DNA of 64,000 nt from Candidatus Parvarchaeum sp. (GTDB taxonomy: Archaea; Nanobdellota; Nanobdellia; Parvarchaeales; Parvarchaeaceae), in contig JBMFWF010000001.1 of NCBI GenBank assembly GCA_049965555.1, positions 8,895-72,894 on the forward strand. The letters are read 5' to 3'. The notes under the pieces are model-generated. The model saw only the letters and a list, made by a program, of their open reading frames with translations. It made no database searches and had not been told where the DNA came from. Shown in pieces: positions 9,117-17,999 of this stretch; the stretch's first letter is position 1; every line of letters begins with the position of its first letter. The translations under genes and the position numbers were made by a program.

Positions 9117-10052
9117 ATGGGCATAAGAAACAAGGTAAGCAAAACTATAGACAATGTGGTTGAGTATTACCTAAAAAACTACAGGAAGATGGTGTTCATA
9201 CCCATAATATTCGTCATATTCTTCGCTTCTTTCATAGGTTACTACTACCATGTGCATGGTATGCCGGTTAACGAAGGAATATCGCTTGCAGGAGGGACAA
9301 ATATAGTTGTAAACACTAACCAGAGCATTTCACCTACATTGATAGCAAGTTCATTAGGAACTGACTTGAAGCAACCGGTAACGGTAAGCGTTGTAAAAGC
9401 GCCCTTCACAAACACCATAACAGGGTATTCGATAACTGTTGGGAAAAATGTGAACACTACTCTATTGGAAAGCAGCCTTTCAAGCATACTTAAAATGCCT
9501 ATAAACGGCAAGGACTCGAGCATCGATTTTGTAAGCGCGACTCTTGCACAGAGCTCGCTTTACAGCTCTTTCATCCTTCTCGGGATAGCTTTTGTACTTG
9601 TGGCTGCAGTTTCTTTATTTTATTTCAGAAGTATATGGCAGGCCTTTTCAAACGTAATAAGCATAATAAGCGACATAATAAACATAGTAGGGGTGCTTGA
9701 TATAATAGGCTTCAGTTTTTCGACGGCTTCAATAGCAGGCATACTTATGATAATGGGTTATTCAGCTGACAGGAACATAATACTGGCTACAAACATACTG
9801 AAAAGGGAGGAGGCCAGCATGCGCTACCGTCTTGTCAAGACAATAAAAACATCGCTTACAATGGATGCTGCTGCTTTAGTAACTTTCCTCATACTTTTCC
9901 TGGGAACAACGAACTCAACGCTGCATGAGATAGCGATAATCCTTATTATAGGAGTAATATTCGATGATTTCACTGTTTGGATATTGAACGGCTCAACACA
10001 GCTGTATGGCTTAAAATACAAAGAAGTAGAAAAGCAGACGGTAAAGGCGTAA
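9117..10052 (+). CDS. secF: Protein-export membrane protein SecF
   Basis: One N-terminal TM helix, a ~100-aa extracytoplasmic loop, then a C-terminal multi-TM bundle. Sits directly upstream of the SecD-like gene (1-nt spacer). Confidence 0.75.
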   Translation: MGIRNKVSKTIDNVVEYYLKNYRKMVFIPIIFVIFFASFIGYYYHVHGMPVNEGISLAGGTNIVVNTNQSISPTLIASSLGTDLKQPVTVSVVKAPFTNTITGYSITVGKNVNTTLLESSLSSILKMPINGKDSSIDFVSATLAQSSLYSSFILLGIAFVLVAAVSLFYFRSIWQAFSNVISIISDIINIVGVLDIIGFSFSTASIAGILMIMGYSADRNIILATNILKREEASMRYRLVKTIKTSLTMDAAALVTFLILFLGTTNSTLHEIAIILIIGVIFDDFTVWILNGSTQLYGLKYKEVEKQTVKA

Positions 10053-10053
10053 T

Positions 10054-11631
10054 ATGGCAAAATCAATATTTTATGACTGGAGGATAATACTGATGATTCT
10101 TTTAGTAGTTGTATCTTTCTTGGCGATACAGCCCAACATCACAAACGTTAATGGAGCGCAGGTAGTTTACATCCCTGTCAATTCTTATATTGGAAACCTA
10201 AGCTCAAGAGGGATCATTGGGCTGCAGGCCGGTTCCATAATAACTGCAGTAGACGGCGTACCAGTACATAACATACAGCAGTTTTATAGCCAATTAAACA
10301 AAAGTGCAATAGTTAACACCTCTCTAAGCTTGACGTATGAAAATGAGTTATTTCCATACATATACAAAAGCAATACAACAAAGATATTTGTTGAGCCTGG
10401 AGCTGTCTTTAATTCTTCAACCATACAGACACAAAACGTTCCTTACACGCACTTAAACTACGGTTTGGATATAATTGGAGGTACACAGATAGAGGTCGTT
10501 CCAAATTCTACAAACTATAACGCTTCTGTGCTTTCTGATTTAGAGACGACGCTTTCAAAAAGGCTTGATGTTTACGGCATAAGCGGCACTACAGTCAGCA
10601 CCGTCCAAGCCCTTTCAGGCAAGGCATTCATAATGGTCAGCATGCCTAACGTAGGAGAAAGCCAGGCCCTTTCATTGATCCAAAACCAAGGCAAGTTCTA
10701 TGCCACAATAGGCAACATAACTGTCTTCAACAGCAGCAATGCAAGCGAAAGCATACTCGATGTGTGTCTGTCTTCAGGCTGTCCTTTTGGGGTTTACCAA
10801 ACGCCAAGTGCGTCAAACGGCTATCAATTCCAGTTTGGGATACAGCTTGCTTCAGGAGCTGCAAAGAACTTTGAGAATGCTGTAAAAACGCTCAAGCCTT
10901 CCACAACAAATCCGGGGTATTTCAACAAGAGAATACATCTTTACTTAAACGGCGTGCAGCAAGGGCAGCCTCTTTTAATTTCGGAGAACATACTTACAAA
11001 CTTCAACGGTGCTATAACAATAGAAGGGGGAGGGGCAGACTTGCAGCAGTCAATGGCAGACATGAAAACCCTTCAGGCAGTGATGCAGTCTGGAAGTTTG
11101 CCGGTGCCATTGAAGATAATATCGATAAGCTCCATTTCTCCGACCGCAGGCAGCCAGTTCATAAGCCAGATATACATTTTACTGCTGCTAGCATTCGTAC
11201 TTGTAAGTATAGTTATATTCTTGAGATACAAAGATTACAAGATTTCTTCATTGATACTGCTTACAAGCATTACTGAGATATTCATAGTAATAGGGGTCGC
11301 GGCCGCAATACATTGGACATTAGATATACCAAGCATGGCTGGTATAATCGCAAGCATAGGTATATCGGTTGACGACCAGATAATAATAACGGATGAGATG
11401 AGAAGAGGGTCGTCACAGATGGAATATGCCGTTACAAAGAAAAGGATAAGCAGGGCATTCTTCATAATATTCGTTTCATTCTTTTCATTTGCAGCTATAA
11501 TGTTTCCTTTGTTGTTCTCTACCGCAAGCCTGTTTGCAGGGTTTGCACTTACAACAATACTGGCTTCTTTGATAGGTTTATTGGTCACAAGGCCTGCATA
11601 CGCCAGAATAATAGGAAAGCTTGAAGGATAA
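10054..11631 (+). CDS. secD: Protein-export membrane protein SecD
   Basis: 525 aa. N-terminal TM helix, a large extracytoplasmic domain, then a C-terminal 5-TM bundle (GIIASIGISVDDQIII). Confidence 0.75.
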   Translation: MAKSIFYDWRIILMILLVVVSFLAIQPNITNVNGAQVVYIPVNSYIGNLSSRGIIGLQAGSIITAVDGVPVHNIQQFYSQLNKSAIVNTSLSLTYENELFPYIYKSNTTKIFVEPGAVFNSSTIQTQNVPYTHLNYGLDIIGGTQIEVVPNSTNYNASVLSDLETTLSKRLDVYGISGTTVSTVQALSGKAFIMVSMPNVGESQALSLIQNQGKFYATIGNITVFNSSNASESILDVCLSSGCPFGVYQTPSASNGYQFQFGIQLASGAAKNFENAVKTLKPSTTNPGYFNKRIHLYLNGVQQGQPLLISENILTNFNGAITIEGGGADLQQSMADMKTLQAVMQSGSLPVPLKIISISSISPTAGSQFISQIYILLLLAFVLVSIVIFLRYKDYKISSLILLTSITEIFIVIGVAAAIHWTLDIPSMAGIIASIGISVDDQIIITDEMRRGSSQMEYAVTKKRISRAFFIIFVSFFSFAAIMFPLLFSTASLFAGFALTTILASLIGLLVTRPAYARIIGKLEG

Positions 11632-11632
11632 A

Positions 11633-12430
11633 ATGGAAGAATTTAGATTGGATCCGATAGACCTAACCTTTGACTTGATAAGCAATGAGAAAACGGGCTG
11701 TAGAGAATGCTTGCCTGTGGAAAACGCAGTAAAATCAATAGAATTTAGGGGGAGTTACTTAAGAGTATACGAGATAAAGGACAGAGTACAGCCTTCAAGA
11801 TACCAGCTTGATGGAAAGTTTTTCAAGCGTTCAAATGCACACGGGTATGAGGAATTGATCGTGGAAAACGAAAAACACTCCGCCAACTTTGCAAATTATT
11901 CTGCGGATGACATTGAAAAGCTACTCCTGGTTATAAGCGATAGACTTAATGAACTTAAATCCTATGACATAGGAAAGAACATATCAGTAAGCAGATATGT
12001 CAACGGACACGATTATTGGGATCTTGTTATTCTGCCGATACCAATGCACAGCACGCAAAAATGCCATGTATGCGAAAGCCTGAATTACACTGGCAATAGA
12101 GAAGTATACAAGACAGAGAACATAATTGCATATGTGCCTTTTTCGCCAAAAAAGAATGAAATTATGAGGATAACGACGCTTAAGCACACTACCATAGAGG
12201 GATTGGACAGCGTTATTGCATTTGACTTGGCAAATCTTATCATAAAGATAATAAACAAATTTACAAAGGAAATAACCTTCAACATTAAGCAGTCTGGAGC
12301 GGAACATTTTGAGATAGTAGTGCTTGCAGGAGAGAATGACCCTATAGATGCACTGGGAATAAACAGAATAAATTACTTTCCAGAGGAGACTGCAAAAAAA
12401 ATCAGCGAAAAGTTAAATGATGGAAAATAA
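11633..12430 (+). CDS. GalT/HIT-superfamily-like protein with a degenerate active site
   Basis: Collinear resemblance to the GalT-like protein at 36231-37211 (Cys-containing N-terminus, ELIVENEKHS, ..ILPIP). The HxHxQ position reads GHDYWDL. Start moved to ATG 11633. Confidence 0.35.
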   Translation: MEEFRLDPIDLTFDLISNEKTGCRECLPVENAVKSIEFRGSYLRVYEIKDRVQPSRYQLDGKFFKRSNAHGYEELIVENEKHSANFANYSADDIEKLLLVISDRLNELKSYDIGKNISVSRYVNGHDYWDLVILPIPMHSTQKCHVCESLNYTGNREVYKTENIIAYVPFSPKKNEIMRITTLKHTTIEGLDSVIAFDLANLIIKIINKFTKEITFNIKQSGAEHFEIVVLAGENDPIDALGINRINYFPEETAKKISEKLNDGK

Positions 12431-13313
12431 TGCAACAATGAAGGCGTTGCTTGTGACTGTGATTTTACTTGCGGCATTTACCGCGATACTCTACGTTTAT
12501 CCCCTTAAACCAATAGCAGTAAATAACCAACAGAATGTCACAAACAGCATAAAACTGGAAGATTTCCTTTCTAGTTACAAAATAAATTTGAGCAGGCTGT
12601 ATGACAAAGACCTATATTATTTTTACGGCGGCTTGTCAAACAATTCTGTAATATTCGGCTGCAATTATGAGATGGAGCCTGCCTTTCCTTCCGTACCGTT
12701 AAACTCTACTGTCCTTCAGAATGAATACAATAATGTTATAAAGAACATGGCTCTTATTTCAATGTGCAGCGTGGAGAACATAACAAACTGCAGCAATGCA
12801 GAAGAACAGCTTTACAATTTCATAAATGAAAGCATGACAAAAACACAGATAAAACAGATGTTTAACCTATCTCGTTCAGAAGTTGAAAGCTATTACGCGG
12901 AGATTGTTGATTCTGGATTCCAGAACTATTCTATTGTTGATCCTTTAAAATATGACTTAAAACTCTTCAATGAAAGCACAAATATAAGCAGCATGATAAA
13001 AACAGTATTAATGATGAAGCAGATGCCAGTAAATATAGTATTCAATGGAAATGGAAAGATATTGGACTATGAAAACGAAACGGCGGTATACAGCCCATTC
13101 CAGTTCCAAGTTTACAGGCTTATAAATGCAACCAAATGCAGTTACTCAAAGATATTCAATGTAGTTGTAGATCCTGGTTACTTTTCATCCCCAAGCTACG
13201 CTTACATGTACAAAAGTCTTGGGAACTACACAAACATATGCATAATCAACAGCAAGAACAGCTGCAATGCCAGCGAGATGAAAAATTTAAACATGTCGTT
13301 CTATGCTAACTAA
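12417..13313 (+). CDS. Membrane-anchored extracellular protein, rich in N-glycosylation sequons
   Basis: N-terminal hydrophobic anchor (KALLVTVILLAAFTAILYV). More than 15 N-x-S/T sequons. Several Cys. Confidence 0.5.
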   Translation: MMENNATMKALLVTVILLAAFTAILYVYPLKPIAVNNQQNVTNSIKLEDFLSSYKINLSRLYDKDLYYFYGGLSNNSVIFGCNYEMEPAFPSVPLNSTVLQNEYNNVIKNMALISMCSVENITNCSNAEEQLYNFINESMTKTQIKQMFNLSRSEVESYYAEIVDSGFQNYSIVDPLKYDLKLFNESTNISSMIKTVLMMKQMPVNIVFNGNGKILDYENETAVYSPFQFQVYRLINATKCSYSKIFNVVVDPGYFSSPSYAYMYKSLGNYTNICIINSKNSCNASEMKNLNMSFYAN

Positions 13314-13809
13314 GTCAAGATATTATATTTATTCTGCCATAATATTCGTCCTTGTAATGCTTGCAGTTTTCTTCTATTATCAGACTTACTCCTTAAACAA
13401 CCTTTATGCCTTCCACAAAACGGATTTGAACATGTCTGGATTATGTTCTCCAAACCTGCCATCATTTGTTATTTATTATGCAGATAATTGCAGGACATGC
13501 GATTCCACTCTTAATTCTTTCCAGAATGTAACCTCTCTTTTTGGGTTATGGGGCAATAAAACATTCTACAGCGGGTATTTCTGCGCGTGGGAATTCAACA
13601 TATCCGCATACAACAACAATATAACAAGCGACATGCCCGATTCTGCTGTTTCAGTTTTCAACCAGATAGGCGTTAACAGGGTTCCTCTTATAGTCTTCAA
13701 TGGGAAGTATTATAAAGTTGGAGGGTTTGCAAATAACCAGACTGCATACAATGAAATATTGAAGTACATCTGCCTTTCAGTCAACGAATCTCTTCCGCAG
13801 TGTAGCTGA
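13303..13809 (+). CDS. Membrane-anchored thioredoxin-fold protein (CxxC)
   Basis: N-terminal TM helix, then YYADNCRTCDS (CxxC) and a later NRVPLIVFNGKYYKVGG, typical of thioredoxin/glutaredoxin folds. Confidence 0.5.
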   Translation: MLTKSRYYIYSAIIFVLVMLAVFFYYQTYSLNNLYAFHKTDLNMSGLCSPNLPSFVIYYADNCRTCDSTLNSFQNVTSLFGLWGNKTFYSGYFCAWEFNISAYNNNITSDMPDSAVSVFNQIGVNRVPLIVFNGKYYKVGGFANNQTAYNEILKYICLSVNESLPQCS

Positions 13810-13811
13810 AA

Positions 13812-14057
13812 ATGGTAAAAAAAATAGACAAGGAACTAATGGAATCGGTGCTTTCCTCTCTATCAAATGGAGAAAAGACAGGCTATGAAATATACAAAGA
13901 AATAAAAAAAGAAGGCAGGAAAGTATCAAGCAGGATAGTTTATCATTATCTTTACCTTGCATTGAAAGAAGGAAAAGTGACTGTGGAGAACAAAAATGAA
14001 CTTGGGAACTTCAGCTGGGGAAATACTGTAAGAAAGAGGTATTACAGGCTTAGATGA
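13812..14057 (+). CDS. Small winged-helix transcription regulator (PadR-like)
   Basis: 81 aa. GEKTGYEIYKEIKK...VYHYLYLALKEGKV resembles a PadR-type wHTH. Confidence 0.45.
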   Translation: MVKKIDKELMESVLSSLSNGEKTGYEIYKEIKKEGRKVSSRIVYHYLYLALKEGKVTVENKNELGNFSWGNTVRKRYYRLR

Positions 14058-14574
14058 TTCCCAATTCAATGCCTGCCTTAACAAGAGATATCATTCCGCC
14101 GGGCCTCCGCTCCTCTATTTCTGTCAAAAACTTCAGTACTTTTTCATCTTTCTCATTTCTTTTTACACCTGCCAGTATTTTCTTCTTCAGTCTAAAAAAG
14201 CTGATTATCTCATTCTCTGATACGTTAAAAAGCGGGCTGAAGCCATCCTTTTCCTTTATCTTCTTGTCAGTTGGCTCATGGAAAAGAAAGAACTTCATCA
14301 CAGAGATGGCAAAGTCCTCCAACGTGTAGGAATAAAGCTTATCTCCTCCTTTTCCTTGCATATCTTTAAACATAAATTCAAGGAAGGACCTGCCGCAATA
14401 ATTATTATTTCCCAAAACGAAAAGTCGGCTTCTTGATTTATTTGCATTGATGTTTGACTTGACTCTTTTCAACAGCATTCTCTCGAAGTGTTTTTTGCAA
14501 AGCTCCTGCTTTAAGTAGGGAGAATAAAAAACAGCCTTCCTGCCGCATATGGCGCAGTTTTTGTTGGTATCCAT
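14050..14574 (-). CDS. TtuA/NcsA-like protein (N-terminal zinc finger) lacking a PP-loop
   Basis: CAICGRKAVFY..LCKKHF N-terminus and PLFNVSENEIISF..IEERRPGG C-terminal region resemble tRNA 2-thiolation PP-loop ATPases. The SGGxDS position reads LGNNNY. Confidence 0.35.
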   Translation of the reverse strand: MDTNKNCAICGRKAVFYSPYLKQELCKKHFERMLLKRVKSNINANKSRSRLFVLGNNNYCGRSFLEFMFKDMQGKGGDKLYSYTLEDFAISVMKFFLFHEPTDKKIKEKDGFSPLFNVSENEIISFFRLKKKILAGVKRNEKDEKVLKFLTEIEERRPGGMISLVKAGIELGII

Positions 14575-14606
14575 AAATATTAATTAGTCTATCTTTTATT
14601 ATTTAT

Positions 14607-15326
14607 ATGCCAGCTAGCATTATTGTGGTGATGAGTCCAAAAGGAGGTGTAGGAAAAACAACTACTGCCGTAAATATTGCCACTGCAATTTCTAATCTGG
14701 GCAAAAAAACGCTTTTAATAGATGCAAATCTTGAAACGCCGCATGTTGCGGTTTACTACGGCTTTGTGGGGTTCAAATATTCCTTAGAGGATGTATTGAA
14801 TGAAAGAACAAGGATAGAAGAAGCAATATACACGGGAGATAATCCAAACTTCCACCTTTTGCCATCAAGAGTCGCAAAGAACGGAGGAGATAAATCTGCG
14901 CACAAACTAATAAACATCAATCTTTATTTAAACAAACTAAGGGATAAATATGATTTTATAGTGATAGACTCTAAGCCTTCCTATGATATCGAATTCATAA
15001 AACTCATAAAAGAAGCAAAAAGCCTTATCATATCAAACCCTGATATAACCTCAATAATCGAGGCTAAAAAACTTAAGCAGGAGTTAGAAGACGCGGGAAT
15101 AAAGATACTGGGCTTAATCGTGAACAAAGTAAACACGAGAATAAAAGAGCAGATGACAAAGAAAGAAATAGGAGAGTTAACAAAGATAAACAACATCTGG
15201 GAAATAAGAGAGGACAACAAGGTTTACAATGCCCTTAAAGTCGGCATCCCTCTAGTAATATCATCGCCTAAAAGCTTTGCGGCAAGGGACATAAATAACA
15301 TAGCGAAGCAGATAATTAAGATATGA
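14607..15326 (+). CDS. MinD/ParA-family P-loop ATPase
   Basis: Deviant Walker A SPKGGVGKTTTAVNIA. Walker B FIVIDS. Confidence 0.8.
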   Translation: MPASIIVVMSPKGGVGKTTTAVNIATAISNLGKKTLLIDANLETPHVAVYYGFVGFKYSLEDVLNERTRIEEAIYTGDNPNFHLLPSRVAKNGGDKSAHKLININLYLNKLRDKYDFIVIDSKPSYDIEFIKLIKEAKSLIISNPDITSIIEAKKLKQELEDAGIKILGLIVNKVNTRIKEQMTKKEIGELTKINNIWEIREDNKVYNALKVGIPLVISSPKSFAARDINNIAKQIIKI

Positions 15327-15508
15327 CGGTTTACAGAATTGTTAAATGCCCAAACTGCGGCAAGTACAGGAAAACATCATCTGTTAAAACCGTAAAGTGT
15401 TTTTATTGCGGTAAGGCTTTCACGGTAATGAACCATATTGTAAGCGAAGAAAATTACAAAAAAGATATGGGCAAGAAAAAGGTTGGATTCGAAATATTTA
15501 AGGCTTAG
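15323..15508 (+). CDS. Small zinc-ribbon protein
   Basis: CPNCGK...CFYCGK gives two CxxC pairs. The start overlaps the MinD stop (ATGA). Confidence 0.55.
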   Translation: MTVYRIVKCPNCGKYRKTSSVKTVKCFYCGKAFTVMNHIVSEENYKKDMGKKKVGFEIFKA

Positions 15509-16010
15509 ATTTGTATATCCTTGAAACTCTGTCCCCCAAATGGTATACATAAGTATCCTTCTTGGTGTTGTTTTCCTGATATGGGGAATATCCTTCTTTT
15601 GGTGATTTTTCTGCCTTAACTAAAAAGGCTATTTTTGACTTTGGCTCTGTTTCATTTCTGTATATAGACACAAAGTATACTTCCTTTCCTTCTGCTTCCT
15701 TATCACTGTCTATTTTTTTAAACTTTCCATCCTCAAACGAAAAAACATGCGATCTGTAGATTGAACGATCATATGCTGCCTCTTCGATAAAGTGTGCGTA
15801 TGCCCATTCGCTTTTAATATCATATAGTTTTTCAAGCTTCGACTTCGTTTTTGAATCCAATTCGCTGTAAGGCGGTATGAAAACATTCAAATTGAATTCG
15901 TCTTCTTTTCCGGTGTATTTAGTTCTTATTACCTTGTTATCCTGATATCTATATTTAGACCCTCTCTCTGTTTCAAATCCAATTATTCTTTCTAATCCGT
16001 TATTTTCCAC
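15498..16010 (-). CDS. Hypothetical protein
   Basis: 170-aa ORF with a GTG start. No recognisable motif. Confidence 0.4.
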   Translation of the reverse strand: MENNGLERIIGFETERGSKYRYQDNKVIRTKYTGKEDEFNLNVFIPPYSELDSKTKSKLEKLYDIKSEWAYAHFIEEAAYDRSIYRSHVFSFEDGKFKKIDSDKEAEGKEVYFVSIYRNETEPKSKIAFLVKAEKSPKEGYSPYQENNTKKDTYVYHLGDRVSRIYKSKP

Positions 16011-16095
16011 TCTTTTATATGAATAAAAATAGTATTTATAATTTACTATTCTATAGTGAATATATAATATAACAAATTTATAATGTAATAAATAC

Positions 16096-16105
16096 TTTTA
16101 TTATA
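16096..16105 (+). promoter_or_regulatory. Candidate TATA box for tRNA-Thr(CGU)
   Basis: TTTTATTATA is centred about 27 nt upstream of the tRNA 5' end. Confidence 0.45.
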
Positions 16106-16127
16106 GAAGTTAAATTCTTAGTATTAT

Positions 16128-16199
16128 GCCTTGGTAGCTCAACGGCAGAGCATCTGCTTCGTAAGCAGGAGGTTGTGGGTTCGAAACCCACCCAAGGCT
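16128..16199 (+). tRNA. tRNA-Thr (anticodon CGU)
   Basis: Cloverleaf: GCCTTGG/CCAAGGC acceptor, GCTC/GAGC D-stem, TCTGC-TTCGTAA-GCAGG anticodon arm, GTGGG-TTCGAAA-CCCAC T-arm. 72 nt. Confidence 0.9.
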
Positions 16200-16319
16200 T
16201 AGTTTATAATTAAAATAAGCTTGTAAGAATTTTTTCATTATAGATTATACTCTATCTGCTATTGCATCGGCATTACTTTACAAAATCATACTTATATTTT
16301 AAAAATTCATAAAAAAGAT

Positions 16320-16757
16320 ATGAAAGGACAGGAATCCTTGGAGATGATAATAATATACAGTTTGGCTATAGCAGTAATAGGATCAATATTTTATATAATA
16401 TTCACGTTTTTCCCGAGTTTAACAGGCGCGACAACTCAACCCAGCTACTCTGGGTTTCCAGGATTCAGAATAATACAGCAGGGTTACATCTCATCAAAAT
16501 CCCTTTTCTACATAAAATTCCAGAACCTGCTGAATGAAAACGTTAAAATAGACGGTTTATCCATCTTAATTTCAGGTGTAAACTATACCAACTTTGTTTG
16601 CTCAAAAACTTATCTCCCCGCTTTGGAATACAGCGAATGCAATTTAACGTCTGTATCACTTGGCAGTTCATTCAGCGGAAACGGTTATATATATTATACT
16701 CCTACAAACATATCTTCCTCCCCGATCATAGTATCTATGGGGAACATAATCAATTAA
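16320..16757 (+). CDS. Prepilin-like protein (class III signal peptide)
   Basis: MKG|QESLEMIIIYSLAIAVIGSIFYIIF leader. N-x-S/T sequons. Confidence 0.6.
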   Translation: MKGQESLEMIIIYSLAIAVIGSIFYIIFTFFPSLTGATTQPSYSGFPGFRIIQQGYISSKSLFYIKFQNLLNENVKIDGLSILISGVNYTNFVCSKTYLPALEYSECNLTSVSLGSSFSGNGYIYYTPTNISSSPIIVSMGNIIN

Positions 16758-16803
16758 GGGTTAGAGTTAGATATTTATACTTACAGATTTTAATTTATCC
16801 CTT

Positions 16804-17211
16804 ATGGGATCATATAAATACATACATGCGAATGAAATGGCTTTGTATAAGAATGAAAATAGGAAAAAAGAGATCTTGCAGGAAGTAAGAAACCAGCCAA
16901 TAATACAAAGAATAGAGAAACCTACAAAACCTGCAAAGGCTAAAACAATAGGGTACAAAGCTAAACAAGGATACATAGTGGTAAGGGTGAGAGTGAGCAA
17001 GGGAGATTTCAGAAGGCCGAGACCAAACCACGCAAGAAGGCCGAGTAAAAGCGGATTATACTACAAACTAGAGGTCAGCAAAGAAGACATAGCAAGAAAC
17101 AGGGCCTTAAGAGTATACAAGAACATGAAAGTCATAGGCTCGTATTTTCTGATAGAAGACGGAAAGAACAAATGGTTTGAGATAGTAATGGCAGACAGAG
17201 GAAAACTGTAA
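16804..17211 (+). CDS. rpl15e: 50S ribosomal protein L15e (short form)
   Basis: MGSYKYI...IEKPTKPAKAKTIGYKAKQGYIVVRVRV..RRP...YKNMKVIGSYFLIEDGKNKWFEIVM matches the L15e core. Only 135 aa. Confidence 0.8.
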   Translation: MGSYKYIHANEMALYKNENRKKEILQEVRNQPIIQRIEKPTKPAKAKTIGYKAKQGYIVVRVRVSKGDFRRPRPNHARRPSKSGLYYKLEVSKEDIARNRALRVYKNMKVIGSYFLIEDGKNKWFEIVMADRGKL

Positions 17212-17326
17212 ATTAACGCTATTCGATTAATTTTATGCTGCTTTGATTTGAATGCAATAAGTTTTAATTTATTGTACTTATAGGCATTCATAAAAACAAT
17301 TTAAATTAACAAAGGCTAAAAATCTA

Positions 17327-17836
17327 ATGGATGTTGAACAGTTTCTTTTCTTTGAAGTACTCATTGGCATAGTAATAGCGCTTACGATGTTTTTCCTTTT
17401 CTACAATAATTATTCATCTATTTTTCCAGTAGGTTGCGATTCAGCGACAGCTCTCCTGCAGAACCAATTTACAAGCGCAGAATACGGCTATGCTAACAGG
17501 ATGGAAGGCACCCCTTTGTTTAGATGCTATGATGAAAATGCTTGTTACAATGCAGCAACGGCTCAGCAAACGTGCATAAGGCATTGGTGTTACTATGATC
17601 TTTGGAAAAACGGGCAGGGGAGCGATTCTGCTGTACAAGCATGCATTGATAGCCCTCCTGCAAGTATAAACAAGTCATGCAGCGTTGTATCTCCTACAAA
17701 TACTGCAGATTTATTCAGCTGTTCAGAGAGCACTATAGTTGCTAATAACGCCACTGACATACAGAACTGCGCAATAAATGTCACAGCATGCATATCGGGG
17801 GACGGGCCTTACTGCCCTGCATGTGTAGCTCAATGA
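17327..17836 (+). CDS. Cysteine-rich extracellular protein with N-terminal hydrophobic helix
   Basis: MDVEQFLFFEVLIGIVIALTMFFLF anchor. 12 Cys in about 135 remaining residues. First gene of a coupled operon. Confidence 0.55.
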   Translation: MDVEQFLFFEVLIGIVIALTMFFLFYNNYSSIFPVGCDSATALLQNQFTSAEYGYANRMEGTPLFRCYDENACYNAATAQQTCIRHWCYYDLWKNGQGSDSAVQACIDSPPASINKSCSVVSPTNTADLFSCSESTIVANNATDIQNCAINVTACISGDGPYCPACVAQ

Positions 17837-17837
17837 T

Positions 17838-17999
17838 ATGGATAAAAAAGGAAGCGTAGAATGGCGTCTTATATGGATAATGCTGGTAATAATAACCGCT
17901 ATCGCGATTATAGGGCTTATTGTAATACTTTTTTACGCAGGATCGCACAGTAGCTCTCCCTTCTCATATTTCGGAAATCTCCTGGGAGGGGGGTCATAA
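17838..17999 (+). CDS. 53-aa mini-pilin-like single-helix protein (absent from the ORF track)
   Basis: Hand translation: MDKKG|SVEWRLIWIMLVIITAIAIIGLIVILFYAGSHSSSPFSYFGNLLGGGS. Starts 1 nt after the upstream stop. Its stop abuts the next ATG (TAAATG). Confidence 0.5.
   Translation: MDKKGSVEWRLIWIMLVIITAIAIIGLIVILFYAGSHSSSPFSYFGNLLGGGS

Noticed and set aside
16598-17031. Overlapping ORFs (96 aa plus strand, 77 and 73 aa minus strand) around the L15e start
   Set aside because: They conflict with the pilin-like gene and L15e, both of which have recognisable features.
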